Source of the DNA: Vicugna vicugna
Taxonomy: Eukaryota
NCBI GenBank assembly: GCA_013265495.1
Contig: MU058584.1
Location: 2,022,616 to 2,060,665, forward strand
Direction of reading: 5' to 3'
Length of the DNA stretch: 38,050 nucleotides
Positions 11,115 through 21,754 of this stretch are shown piece after piece. The stretch's first letter is position 1. Each line of letters begins with the position of its first letter. Below the pieces are notes generated by a model. The model made no database searches, was not told the DNA's origin, and saw only the letters and a list, made by a program, of their open reading frames with translations. A program made the translations under genes and the position numbers.

Positions 11115-11928
11115 AAGAAATGTATTAAAGGAGCAGGCTTTTTCATCTTCTGATTCAATGATATGAACATACTCACCCACACAGAGTTTTAAGGTAAAAT
11201 CCTTTTCAGACCTAGGCCTCCAGGTCACACAGCTATTTCCAAAATTTTACTTTTTTTTTTTTTTAATTTCAGGTATGCCTCATTTTCTAAGCAAAATCTC
11301 CTGCCCCTGATGTCTGGTCCACCTGCTCCCAGGGAGAGAGAAAGCCTTTCCTCCTCACTCTTTGTGTCTGTGATGAGGAAGATGGAGGCAGACCTTATCC
11401 CCCTCTCCTTCCCGCCTCGCCTCTGACTACCTCCCTTCTCTGCCTTGGGCTTTGTCAGTTCCTTTCTCTCTACACTGCATCTCTTTTAGTTCCAAAAATA
11501 GATCATTCAATTTAGGAAGAACAATTAACTGGGATGAAAAAAAAAATCTGAAGGATGGGGAGGCATTTCAGCTTCTCTATCAGGCATGAAGTAATTGGCA
11601 AAGCCAGGCGGTGATTCAGCTTCATTCCTCAGTGTGAGCGTCCGGAAAATTGCAGACTCAGAAAGGTCAGACTCAGTTTCTACAGTTCCCCGGCACCTCC
11701 CTTGTCAGCTCCAAACATGTCACGAAGAAAAGACTCTACGGCTGCGATTTCACGAGGGTTTGTACTAGATTTGCTCCGGAGAAGAGCGGTTGGATGTTTT
11801 ACTGACCTCTCACCCAGGAGGCACTTGTCAGTTTCTAATGCATTGACCTGTCCCTTGAAAACCAGTGTATCGGGAACATTCTAGTAGCTCCAAGGGGATT
11901 TTGACTCAAGATTGCCTTCGTCTTAGGA

Positions 11929-12054
11929 CAATATTTCTCAATTTAGGAGCTTTAAAATCACCTGGGGTCCTCATTTAAAAGGCAGATTCCCAGCTTACTT
12001 TTCAAACAGAATATCCAGGCGATTCTAATGGGTGCTCATGTTTGAGAAATGCTA
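11929..12054. mobile_element. MER5-like hAT-Charlie element, internally deleted
   Basis: tttctcaa...aatcacctgggg...gcagattcc...ccaggcgattct...gtttgagaa. Confidence 0.7.
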
Positions 12055-12112
12055 ACTTAAGGATTCTTTGTAAAGATACGGCCAAGTTGAGAGAGTTACA
12101 GTCCCTCTAGAG

Positions 12113-12278
12113 CAGTGGTTCCCGACTGGATTTCACCTTCTACGTTGTCCCAGATGAAGGAAGTGGGTGGATGCTACTGGCATCTAGTAGGGAGAGGCCA
12201 GGGATGGTGGCAAATGTTCTACAATGTACAGGACAGCCGTCCACAACAAAGAATCAATTATCCAACCTAAAATGCTGC
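12113..12278 (+). mobile_element. MER20 hAT-Charlie element
   Basis: cagtggttc...tgctactggcatctagtagggagaggccagggatg...tacaatgtacaggacagcc..cacaacaaagaat, diagnostic of MER20. Confidence 0.85.
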
Positions 12279-12369
12279 TGCAGAGAGATTAGTCATTTCT
12301 GATTCCTGCTTGGAATTACCAATCACTATACAGAAATCCCAAGAGATTTTTTTTTTTAATGCTGTAGAT

Positions 12370-12592
12370 AAATGTTTTTCAAAGTGTAAATCACTTTGAA
12401 ACTAAATCAGTTTACTGTTTATGGCCAAGATGTTTTTAATGGAATGAGGTGGAATAAACAGGAGAGAAGAGAATGTATCAGGATCTATCCTCCACAGTAA
12501 GCTAAGTATTATTTCATGAAATTTTTATTTTGGTTGCATATATGAACTTAATTATTGTAGGATATATATAAGAGGATGTAAAATGTATTTCT
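12370..12592. mobile_element. hAT-Charlie-type non-autonomous element fragment
   Basis: tgtttttcaaag... and agtaagctaagtattatttcatgaaatttttatttt...gatgtaaaatgtatttct resemble a Charlie/MER element. Cut off by the adjacent L1. Confidence 0.55.
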
Positions 12593-14564
12593 CTTTTATA
12601 CATCTTTTTATTATTAAATATATCACATACCCATAAAAGTACACAAATGTGACAATGAATTCTTATATGTATTGTGTTATTATGAAGTAAACATTACATA
12701 AGTATTACCCAGGATAATAGAATTTAGTAGCCCAGAGCCCCTGTGTACCACTTACATTATGCTCTCCCCACTAGAGATGACAATTATCCTGACATTTTAT
12801 GGTAATCACACATTTATTTTTCTTCTCTTTTTAAGTGTGCATCTCCTAAGTAGTTTAGTTGACTTTTGCACTTTGAACTTTATATCGATGGTCTTCTATT
12901 ACTTTATCTGACCTCTTTTTTGCAACTTTATCTTTGGGAGAGTCACCTATGTTGTTGTATGTAATGATAGTGCGTGAATTTTTATGACCATATAATATTC
13001 CAGTGTGTGACTCTGCCAATATATTTATCCATTCTATTGTTTGGACGTTTGGACTGTTTTCAGTATGGACTGTCCTGAGTAATTCAGATATGAGCATTCT
13101 TCTATGTCTGCTGGTACATGGGCATGATAATGTTGAATATATATTTAAAAGTGAAATTGCTAGATGGTAAGGTGTGTGCATATTTAACTTTGGTGAATGA
13201 TGTTTTCCAAAGTACGTGTGTTAACTTACACTACCACCAGAAGAGTATGAGAGTTCTAGTTTCTCCCCATCCTCACTGCACTTGCAATTGTGTGTCTTTA
13301 TTTTTAGACATTCTGGAAGGTGTGTAGTAGTATCATACTGCAATTTTAATATTCTATTTCCTGGATTATGAATAAGATTGATAACAGAATTTTTTATATG
13401 TTCACTAACCATTTGGATATTCTATTTGGTCACATGCCTGTTTAAGTCTTTCAAACATTTTTGTATCAAGTAGTCTGTTCTTCTTTTATTAATTTGTAGA
13501 AATTTTAAAATATTTTCTATACAAGCTCTTTGTTAATTTTGTGTTGTAAATATCTTCTCCCAGCGAATAGCTTATCTTTTTAATCTCTTAACTGTCCAAT
13601 GATTCGAACTTCTTAATAATTAGTTAAATTGACCCTTCATGACGAGTGTTTGTTCTAACCTTTTAAATGATTTTTCTCTACCCTAAATCCAGGAAGATAT
13701 ACTCCTACATCATCTTCCAGTAGCTTTATTGTTTTGTTCATCACATTTAGGTACATGGTCTACTTGGAATAATTATAGTGAGGAGTAGAAGTAAAATTTC
13801 ATGATTTTCCCATGTGAACAGGTAAGTGTGTCAGCTGATATTCAAAGGGTTATCCTTGGACCAGAGTTCTAGAGTGGCAACTCTGTCATTTAATTGAGAA
13901 TTCACATATCCAAAGATCTGACTTCTGGCTAGGCATGCTCTTTTATCTATTTTTATGTTTGGCTGTCCTTGCAACACTACCATATTGTACAAAATAGTCC
14001 AACTTTATATCTTGATATAAGACAGAGCAAATCCTCTTGTCTTTTTCTTCTTCAAAATTGTTTGTCTCATTGGTCCATTGTATATCCAAGTAGATTTCAG
14101 AATCAGCTTGTGAAGTTCCTCAAAATATAGTGTCGGCATTGTACTGACTGTATAAACCAATACAGAAAGAATTGACATCTCTAAAAATTAAACCTTCTAA
14201 CCAAAAAGTATGGTAAATATCTCTACTTAGATCTTTCTAAATTTCCATTAATTATGATTTTAAAGTTTTCTGCATGGAAATTTCATATACATTTGGTTAG
14301 ATTTAGAGATAGTGTTTTTATATGATATTGTAAAGGGTTTTTTAAAATTTTATTTCCTCTTTATAATTGATTATGGGAATACATTTTATTTTTGTTTGTT
14401 GAGCTTCTATCCAAGAAATTCACTCATCAATTCTAATAATTTCTCTGTAATTCTTTGGGAATTTCTATATATACGTATCACTTATAAACAGTGGCGGTTT
14501 TATTGCTTACACTCCAATTTTTGCCCTTTTTATTTCCTTTCTTTTCTCATGCCTCTGGATATGA

Positions 14565-14596
14565 CCTCCAGTAAAAGGCACCTCTAGTAAAAGGCA
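14565..14596. repeat. 16-bp tandem duplication
   Basis: cctccagtaaaaggca cctctagtaaaaggca. Confidence 0.9.
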
Positions 14597-14732
14597 TATA
14601 AGTCTGGATACTAAGCATCCTTGTCTTGTTCCTGATCTCAAAGAGAAAGTTTTCAACACTTAACCATTAAGTATCATGTTTATTGTAGGTTTTTCATAGA
14701 CAATCTTTATCAGGTTAAGAATACTCCCTTGT

Positions 14733-15360
14733 ACCTTAATTCAAAAAGACACCTGCACTCCAATGTTTGTAGCAGCACTATTTACAATAGCCAAGACATG
14801 GAAACAACCTAAATGTCCATCAACAGATGACTGGGTAAAGAAGCTGTGGCATATTTATACAATGGAATACTACTCAGTCATAAAAATGATAAAATAATGC
14901 CATTTGCAGCAACATGAATGCACCTGGAGAATGTCATTCTAAGTGAAGTAAGCCAGAAAGAGAAAGAAAAATACCATATGATATCACTCATATGTGGAAT
15001 CTAAAAGAAAAAAAAAGACAAATAAACTTATACATAAAATGGAAACAGACTCACAGACATAGACTACAGACTTGTGATTGCCAAGGGGGAGAGAGGTGGG
15101 AAGGGGTAAACTGGGAGTTAGAGATATGCAGATACTGACTGGTATATATAAGATAGATAAACAAGCTTATACTGTATAGCACAGGGAAATACATTCAATA
15201 TCTTGTAGTAGCTTATGGTGAAAAAGAATATGAAAATGAATATATGTATATTCATGTGTGACTGAAGCATTGTGTTGTACACCAGAAGTTGACACAACAT
15301 TGTAAACTGACTATACCTCAATTAAAAAAAATAAAAATAAAAAGGTTTTAAATATTAAAA
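14733..15360 (+). mobile_element. Young 5'-truncated L1 (end of ORF2 plus 3' UTR plus A-rich tail)
   Basis: gcagcactatttacaatagccaagacatggaaacaacctaaatgtcca... Perfect 16-bp TSD aagaatactcccttgt at 14717-14732 and 15361-15376, TT|AAGA site. Confidence 0.95.
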
Positions 15361-16424
15361 AAGAATACTCCCTTGTGTTCCTTGTTCTTAAAAAAGTTTT
15401 TACCATGAATGGATGTTGGATTCTATTACATGCTTTTAATATCTTTATCAAATTAAGACTATTAATTTCTTTCTTTTATTCTGCTAACATGTCAAACTCT
15501 ACTGATATTTTAATGTTATACCAACACTGTATAAATGAAATAGACTCAACTCTGTCATAATGTATAGCCCTTTTGCATAACAAAAAATTCAGTTTGTAAA
15601 TAGTATATTTTGTTTAGGAATTTTATGTTCTATGCATCTGTGTTTGTAAGAGAGATGGACCTATCATTTTTCTTTCTCAAAATGTCTTAATAGATTATTG
15701 ATATTGAGCTTGTGCTGCCTATGAAGTGTTTCTTTGTTTTCCCCAATTATCTAGAAGAATATATAAAAGGCTGGTACTATTTGTTCTTTAAGTGTCATGC
15801 AGAAATACAACAGTGAAGCATTCTGAGCTTGGAACTTCTGCTGTAGAAAATTTTTACATTACTGATTCAATTTCTTAAACAGTTATAAGACTATGTACAT
15901 TTTCCATTTTTTTCCTGTGGCCATTTTAGTAAATTCTATTTATTCTAAATTTGTTACTTCATTATTGACATATTTATTGACAACATCTTCTTATTACCTT
16001 TTTAGTTGCTACATCTATGTTTATAGCCCTTTTAAACATTGCTTACAGTGGTTATTTTTGCCTTCTTCCTTTTTCTCTTGATCAGTCTTGCTAGGAATTT
16101 ATCATATAGTAGGCTTTTAAAATATCTGACATACCAGTTGTTGAGAGAAAAGTGTTAAAAATCTCTGATCAAGATTTGCACTTGTTTATCTTTCCTTGTA
16201 GTTTTAAAAATATTTTGTTTTATGTATTTTGAGAATGTTTTATTGTGTGCATACAAATTTAGAACAACTGAGTATTGATTGGGACAATATTATGTTGGTT
16301 CTATATCTCAAAAATATATCAGGTACCAAATCAAAAAAAGAAAAAGCTTTAAGAAATGATGAGAGCATTGCTTTTATAATCTCCTTATGAAAGCCTTTTA
16401 GATTATTCCAAAAAACCTATCTTG

Positions 16425-16643
16425 TCCTAAAATAAAATATTGATAAATTTAACTATATAAAATAAAAAATTTCGTATGGCAAAAACATAAGTAAAACCAA
16501 AAGGTAGATGGAAAAAATAACTACAAACCAGATTACAGAGAATTAATTTCTTTAAAATATATATTTTAAAAACTGCAAACCAATAGCAATCTAAAAGAAA
16601 ATGAACAAAGGGTATTAGTAAGCAGTTCAAAAAAATTAATAAA
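16425..16643 (+). mobile_element. Ancient L1 ORF2 3' fragment
   Basis: ttgataaatttaactatataaaat..aaatttcgtatggcaaaa...aaatgaacaaaggg...agcagttca. Confidence 0.55.
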
Positions 16644-17784
16644 GGCCATACTACCCAAGGCAATATGCAGATTCAATGCACACCCTATGAAATTGTCAAT
16701 GACATTTTTCACAGAATAGGACCAAGAAATTTTAAATTCGTATGAAAACACAAAAGACCCCAAATAGCTAAAACAATCTTGAGAAACAATAACAAAGCTG
16801 AAGGAATCATACTACAAAGCTACAGTAATCAAAACAGTATGGTACTGGCCGAAAAAAAAAAGACACATAGATCAATGAGACAGGATAGAAAGTCCAGAAA
16901 TAAGCCCAAACATTTATGATCAATTAATCCATGACAAAGGAGGCAAGAACATACAACAGAGAAAAAACAGATTCTTCAATAAGCAGCGCTGGGAAAACTG
17001 GACAGCTACATGTTAAAGAAAGAAATTAGAACATTCTCTAATACCATATACAAAAATAAACTCAAAATGGATTAAAGACCTAAATATAAGACTGGATACA
17101 ACTCCTAGAAGAAAACATAGGCAGTACACTCTTTGGCATAAATTGCAGTATTTTTTTTTATTCAAACCACTTCCTAGAGTAATGGAAATAAAAGCAAAAA
17201 TAAACAAATGGGACCTAATTAAACTTAAAAGCTTTTACACAGCAAAGGTGAAATGAAAAATGATAAGACAGCATACAGAATGGAAGAAAATATTTACAAA
17301 TGACAAGACCAACAAAGGACTACTATTCAAAATATACAAACAGCTCATACAGCTTAATTTCAAAAAAAAAAATCCAGTCCAAAAATGGGCAGACCTAAAT
17401 AGACATCTCTCTAAAAAGATAACCAGATGGTGAACAGGCACACGAAAAGATGTGCCTGTTCACCATCTGGTTATCTTTTTAGAGAGATGTCTATTTAATT
17501 GTTAGAGGAATGCAAATTAAACGACAATGAGGTATCATCCCACTCCACTTAGAATGGCCATCATTAAAAAATCTACAAATCATAAATGCTGGAAAGGGTG
17601 TGAAGAGAAAGCAACCCTCCTACACTGTTGGCTGAAATGTAAATATGGTGCAGTCACTATGGAGGACAGTACAGAGGTTCCTTAAAAAACTAAAAATAGA
17701 CTTACCATGTGATCCATAAATCTCACTCCTGGGCACATATCCAGAGAAAAACTATAATTCAAAAAGACATATGCACCCCAATGT
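16644..17784 (+). mobile_element. L1 ORF2 C-terminal internal fragment (pseudogenised)
   Basis: Begins at the AILPKAIxRFNA region. Cys-rich motif [19 protein letters not shown] at 17584-17640. Ends at KDICTPM with no 3' UTR or poly(A). Confidence 0.92.
17396..17497. repeat. Perfect 47-bp inverted repeat with 8-nt spacer
   Basis: 17396-17442 is the exact reverse complement of 17451-17497; loop cgaaaaga. Confidence 0.98.
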
Positions 17785-18149
17785 AATAATAGTGGGTATA
17801 TGGAGGGTGTAGTTTAAGGACTTCTTTAATCTCATGATAATTTCCATCAGCACAAGCTTTTCGGTCACCCCAAATGAATGCATGTCTTATTTAGGAACCT
17901 ATGTTTGCTATGCAAACTGTCTTCAAGACAAACTCCCAAGCTGCCTTTCCATCCCTCAGATTTTCCCCTTACACCTCACATATGTAAAAATTCTGGAGCC
18001 ACTGAATTCAACTGATAATGAGGCTAAATGAAGAAATAAGTTGTTTAAATAAAAGAATAAAAGTAATTGAAAAACTATAGTTTGCTTTCCCCATGGTTCT
18101 CTTCAAAAGTCATACTAGTTTTACTCTAAAGAGAGTGTGGGAAGAAATG

Positions 18150-18430
18150 ATATGAACAAATAATGACAAAAAGAATTGGAAAGAAGACAATAGCTAGTGA
18201 GTCAAGTCAACATATGGAGGATGGAAAATGTCTGAATCAATGTGATCTTACCTAAGCTTCTGGTTTATCAAAACTGTTGAATGTGCTTAGATGTTGAAGA
18301 GAATGATCAATGCAAGCCTATGAAAGGCAAGTTGATTTTCTGTACAGATGCCAGAAAAGGCTCAGGAATAAAAGGTACTAGTTATTTCTGAAGTCAAGGT
18401 TGGAGGATAGGGTTGAAAGTATGTTTGAAA
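18150..18430 (+). mobile_element. HAL1-like 5' region
   Basis: ggaggatggaaa...cagaaaaggctcaggaat...ggaggatagggttgaaagtatgttt resembles the HAL1 5' part as recalled. Colinear with HAL1 at 21230 onward. Confidence 0.5.
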
Positions 18431-21215
18431 TTCTGTATTCTTCAAATTGTCAATATGGTGTATCATACTGTTTGATTTGTGAATGTTGATAAATCTTTGC
18501 ATCCCTGGAATAAATCCCACTAGCTCATGGTGTATGATCCTTTTAATGTTCTGTTGGAGTTGCTTTGCTAGTGTTTTGTTGAGGATTTTTGCATCTATAT
18601 TCATAAGTGATATTGGCCTGTAATTTTCTTTTCTTGTGATATTTTTGGTTTGGGTATCAGGGTAATGGTGGCCTCAGAGAATGAGTTTGGAAGTGTTCTT
18701 TCCTCTGCAACTTTTTGGAATACTTTCAGAAGGATAGGCATTAACTCTTTTCTAAATATTTGGTAGAATTCACCTGTGAAGCCATCTGGATCTGGACTTT
18801 TTTTTTGTTGGGAGTTTTAAAATTACTGATTGAATTTCAGTATTGGTAATTGGTCTGTTTATATTTTCTATTTCTTCCTGGTTCAGTCTTGGGAGATTGT
18901 GCCTTTCTAAGAATTTGCCCATTTCTGCTAGGTTGTCCATTTTATTGGCATGTAATTTCTCATAGTAACCTTCTTTGCATTTCTGTGGTGTCGATTGTAA
19001 CTTCTTTTTCAGTTTTGATTTTACTGATTTGGACCCTCTTCCTTTTGCCTTCATGAGTCTGGTTATAGATTTATCAATTTTGTTTATCTTTTCAAAGAAC
19101 CAATGTTTAGTTTCATTGATCTTTTTAATTGTTTTCTAGTCTCTATTTTATTTATTTCTTCTCTGATCTCGATGATTTATTTTCTTCTGCTAACTTTGGG
19201 TTTTGTTTGTTCTTCTTTCTCTAGTTGATTTAGGTTAGTTTGTTCATCTGAGATTTTTCTTGTTTCCTGAGGTAAGCTTATATCACTAGGAACTTCCCTC
19301 TTTGGACTGCTTTTACTGCATCCCGTAGGCCTTGGATCATCATGTTTTCATTTAATTTGTCTCTAGGTAACTTTTTATTTCTTCAGTGATCCATTGGTTG
19401 TTGAGTAGCATATCATTTAGCCTCCATGTGTTTGTGTTTTTTGCAGGTTTTTTTCCCCTGGTAGTTGATTTCTAATCTCACCATGTTGTGGTCAAAAAAG
19501 ATGCTTGATATGATTTCAATTTTCTTAAATTTACCAAGGCTTGCTTTGTAGCCCAGAATGCAATCTATCCTAGAGAATGTTCCATGTGCACTTGAAAAGA
19601 ATGTGTATTCTGCTGCTTTCAGATAGAATGCTCTATAAATATCAATTAAGTCCATCTAGTCTAATGAGTCATTTAAGGCCTGTGTTTCCCCATTGATTTT
19701 CTGTCTGGATGATCTGCCCATTGATGTAAGTGGGGTGTTAAAGTCTCTCACTATTACTGTGTTACTGTCAATTTCTCCCTTTTTGTCTATTACCATGTGC
19801 CTTACATATTGAGGTGCCCCTATGTTGGGTGAATATATATTTACAATTGTTGTATCTTCTTCCTGGATTGATCCCTTGATCACTTCGATCACTTTGTAGT
19901 GTCCTACTTTGTCTCTTATAACAGTCTTTATTTTAAAGTCTATTTTGTCTAACATAAGCATTACTACTCCAGCTTTCTTTTGAGTTTTGTTTGCGTGGAA
20001 TGCCTTTTTTCCATTCCCTCACTTTCAGTCTGTATATGTCTCTAGATCTGAAGTGAATCTCTTGTAGGCAGCCAATATATAGGTCTTATTTCTGTATCCG
20101 TTCAGCCAGTCTGTATCTTTTGGTCGGAGCATGTAGCCTGTTCACATTTAAGGTAATTGTTGATATGCATGTTTTTATTGCCATTTTGTTAATTGTTTTG
20201 GATTTGTTTTTGCAGGTCTTTTTCTTCCTTTTCTTCTTTTGTTCTCTTGTGATTTGGTGAATATCTTTAGTATTATGTTTGGATTCCTTTTTCTTTTTTG
20301 TGTATATATCCAATATAATTTCTGATTTGTTGTTATCATGAGGTTTTGGTATAGCAAAATATATATTGCTTTAAGTTGTTGATCTCTTAATTTCAAATTC
20401 ATTTTTAAATACCCTGCATTTGTACTCTCTTCCCTTCACAATTACTGTTTTTGATATTCTATTTTACATTTGTTTTGTGCATCCCTTAACTGCTTATTAT
20501 GGATACAGATGATTTAACTTTTCTTGTCTTTAAACCTTCCTCCTAGTTTGTGTATGGATGACTTTCTACCTTTACTGTATGTTTGCCTCCACCAGTGAGC
20601 ATCTCCACTTCATAGTTTTCTTGTTTCTAGTTGTGGCCTTTTCTTTTCTGCCTAGAGAAGGTCCTTTAGCATTTGTTGTAAAGCTGATTTGGTGATACTG
20701 AACTCTTTCAGCTTTTGCCTATTTATAAAGTTTTTGATTTCTCCATCAAATTTGAATGAGAGCCTTGCTGGGTAGAGTACACGGGGTTGTAGCTTTTTTC
20801 CCTTTCATCACTTTAAATATATTGTGCCACTCCCTTCTGGCCTGCAGAGTTTCTGCTGCAAAAAACAGCTGATAGTCTTATGGGCATTTCCTTGTATGTT
20901 ATTTGTTGCTTTTTTCTTGTTGCTTTCAATATTCTCTCTTTAGCTTTAATTTCTGTTATTTTGATTACAGTATCCCTAGGTGTGTTCCTCTGAGGGTTAA
21001 TTCTGTATAAGACTCTCTGGGCTTCCTGGACTTAGGTGACTATTTCCTTTCCCAAGTTAAGGATGTTTTCAGCTAGTATCTCTTCAAATATTTTCTCAGG
21101 CCCTTTCTCTCTCTTTTCTCCTTCTGGGACCCCTATAATGCTAATATTAGTGTGCTTGATTTTGTCCCAGAGTTCTCTGAAACTGTCCCCATTTTTTTTC
21201 ATTATTTTCTATTCT
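18431..21215 (-). mobile_element. L1 internal fragment: ORF1 3' part, inter-ORF spacer, ORF2 endonuclease to start of RT (pseudogenised)
   Basis: ORF track: ITLNVNRLHAPTKRYRLAE, VNIYSPN, VRDFNTPL, YTFFSSAHGTFSRID, FDHN (APE endonuclease); [10 protein letters not shown]...VGFIPGMQ (RT start). Multiple stops and frameshifts. Confidence 0.96.
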
Positions 21216-21507
21216 GCTATTTTATAAGTGGGAAAAAAATAAGAGACTAAGAAAGAATTCTTAGGAATTAAAAATATTTTTACAATATAAAAGACATAAA
21301 AAGTCAAATAGGAGGCTTGGAAAAGTAATTTAAATTTAAAGAAATCTCCCAAGATAATAAAATACACAAACAAAGAAGCAAAGAAAATTAACATGGAAAA
21401 AAATGGGGGGAAAAATTTAGAGGCTTAACCAGGAGGTATAACACCAAACAAACAGAAGTTCCATAAAAAGAGAACAGATAGAAATTATTAAAGAAGTTGA
21501 ACAGGAA

Positions 21508-21598
21508 GTGGGAGGGTGTAGCTCAGTGGTAGAGTGCATGCTTAGCATGCAGGCGATCCTGGGTTCAATCCCCAGGACCTCCATTAAAAAAAAAAAAT
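21508..21598 (+). mobile_element. tRNA-derived camelid SINE (Vic-1-type), head plus A-run
   Basis: ggagggtgtagctcagtggtagagtgcatgcttagcatgc...gggttcaatcccc; Pol III A box (tagctcagtgg) and B box (gggttcaatcc). Confidence 0.9.
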
Positions 21599-21601
21599 AC
21601 A

Positions 21602-21732
21602 GTGGTGGGTACAGCTCAGTGGTAAGAGTGTGTGCTTAGCATACACAAGGTCCTGGGTTCAATACCCAAAACCTCTGTTAATTAATTAATTAATCAATCA
21701 ATCTAATTACCTTCCCAACCCCCACCCCAAAT
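21602..21732 (+). mobile_element. tRNA-derived camelid SINE (Vic-1-type), second tandem copy with 3' tail
   Basis: gggtacagctcagtggtaagag...ggtcctgggttcaat...(ttaa/tcaa)n ctaattaccttccc; same tail as the copy at 34999-35121. Confidence 0.9.
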
Positions 21733-21754
21733 AAAAGAAGACAAACAGGAAAAA

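Larger units (their letters stand above)
12600..16270 (-). mobile_element. Ancient L1 (L1M, L1ME-like): 3' UTR to ORF2, interrupted at 14733-15360
   Basis: T-rich antisense L1 with gttttccaaagt...ttctccccatcctcac, agaatcagcttgtgaag, gcatccttgtcttgttcctgatctc. Only fragmentary frames remain. Confidence 0.85.

Noticed and set aside
14733..17784. L1 at 14733 as the displaced 3' end of the fragment ending at 17784
   Set aside because: The two meet at nearly the same L1 coordinate, but the 14733 copy has its own perfect 16-bp TSD and differs in the overlap, so it is an independent insertion.
18362..20402. Chain of minus-strand ORFs as a functional endonuclease/RT gene
   Set aside because: Fragments of a single L1 ORF2 with stops and frameshifts; the RT catalytic core is missing.
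21508..21732. tRNA genes (also 34999-35121)
   Set aside because: A and B boxes are present, but with A-rich and ctaattacc tails, flanking duplications and mutated stems; these are tRNA-derived SINEs.
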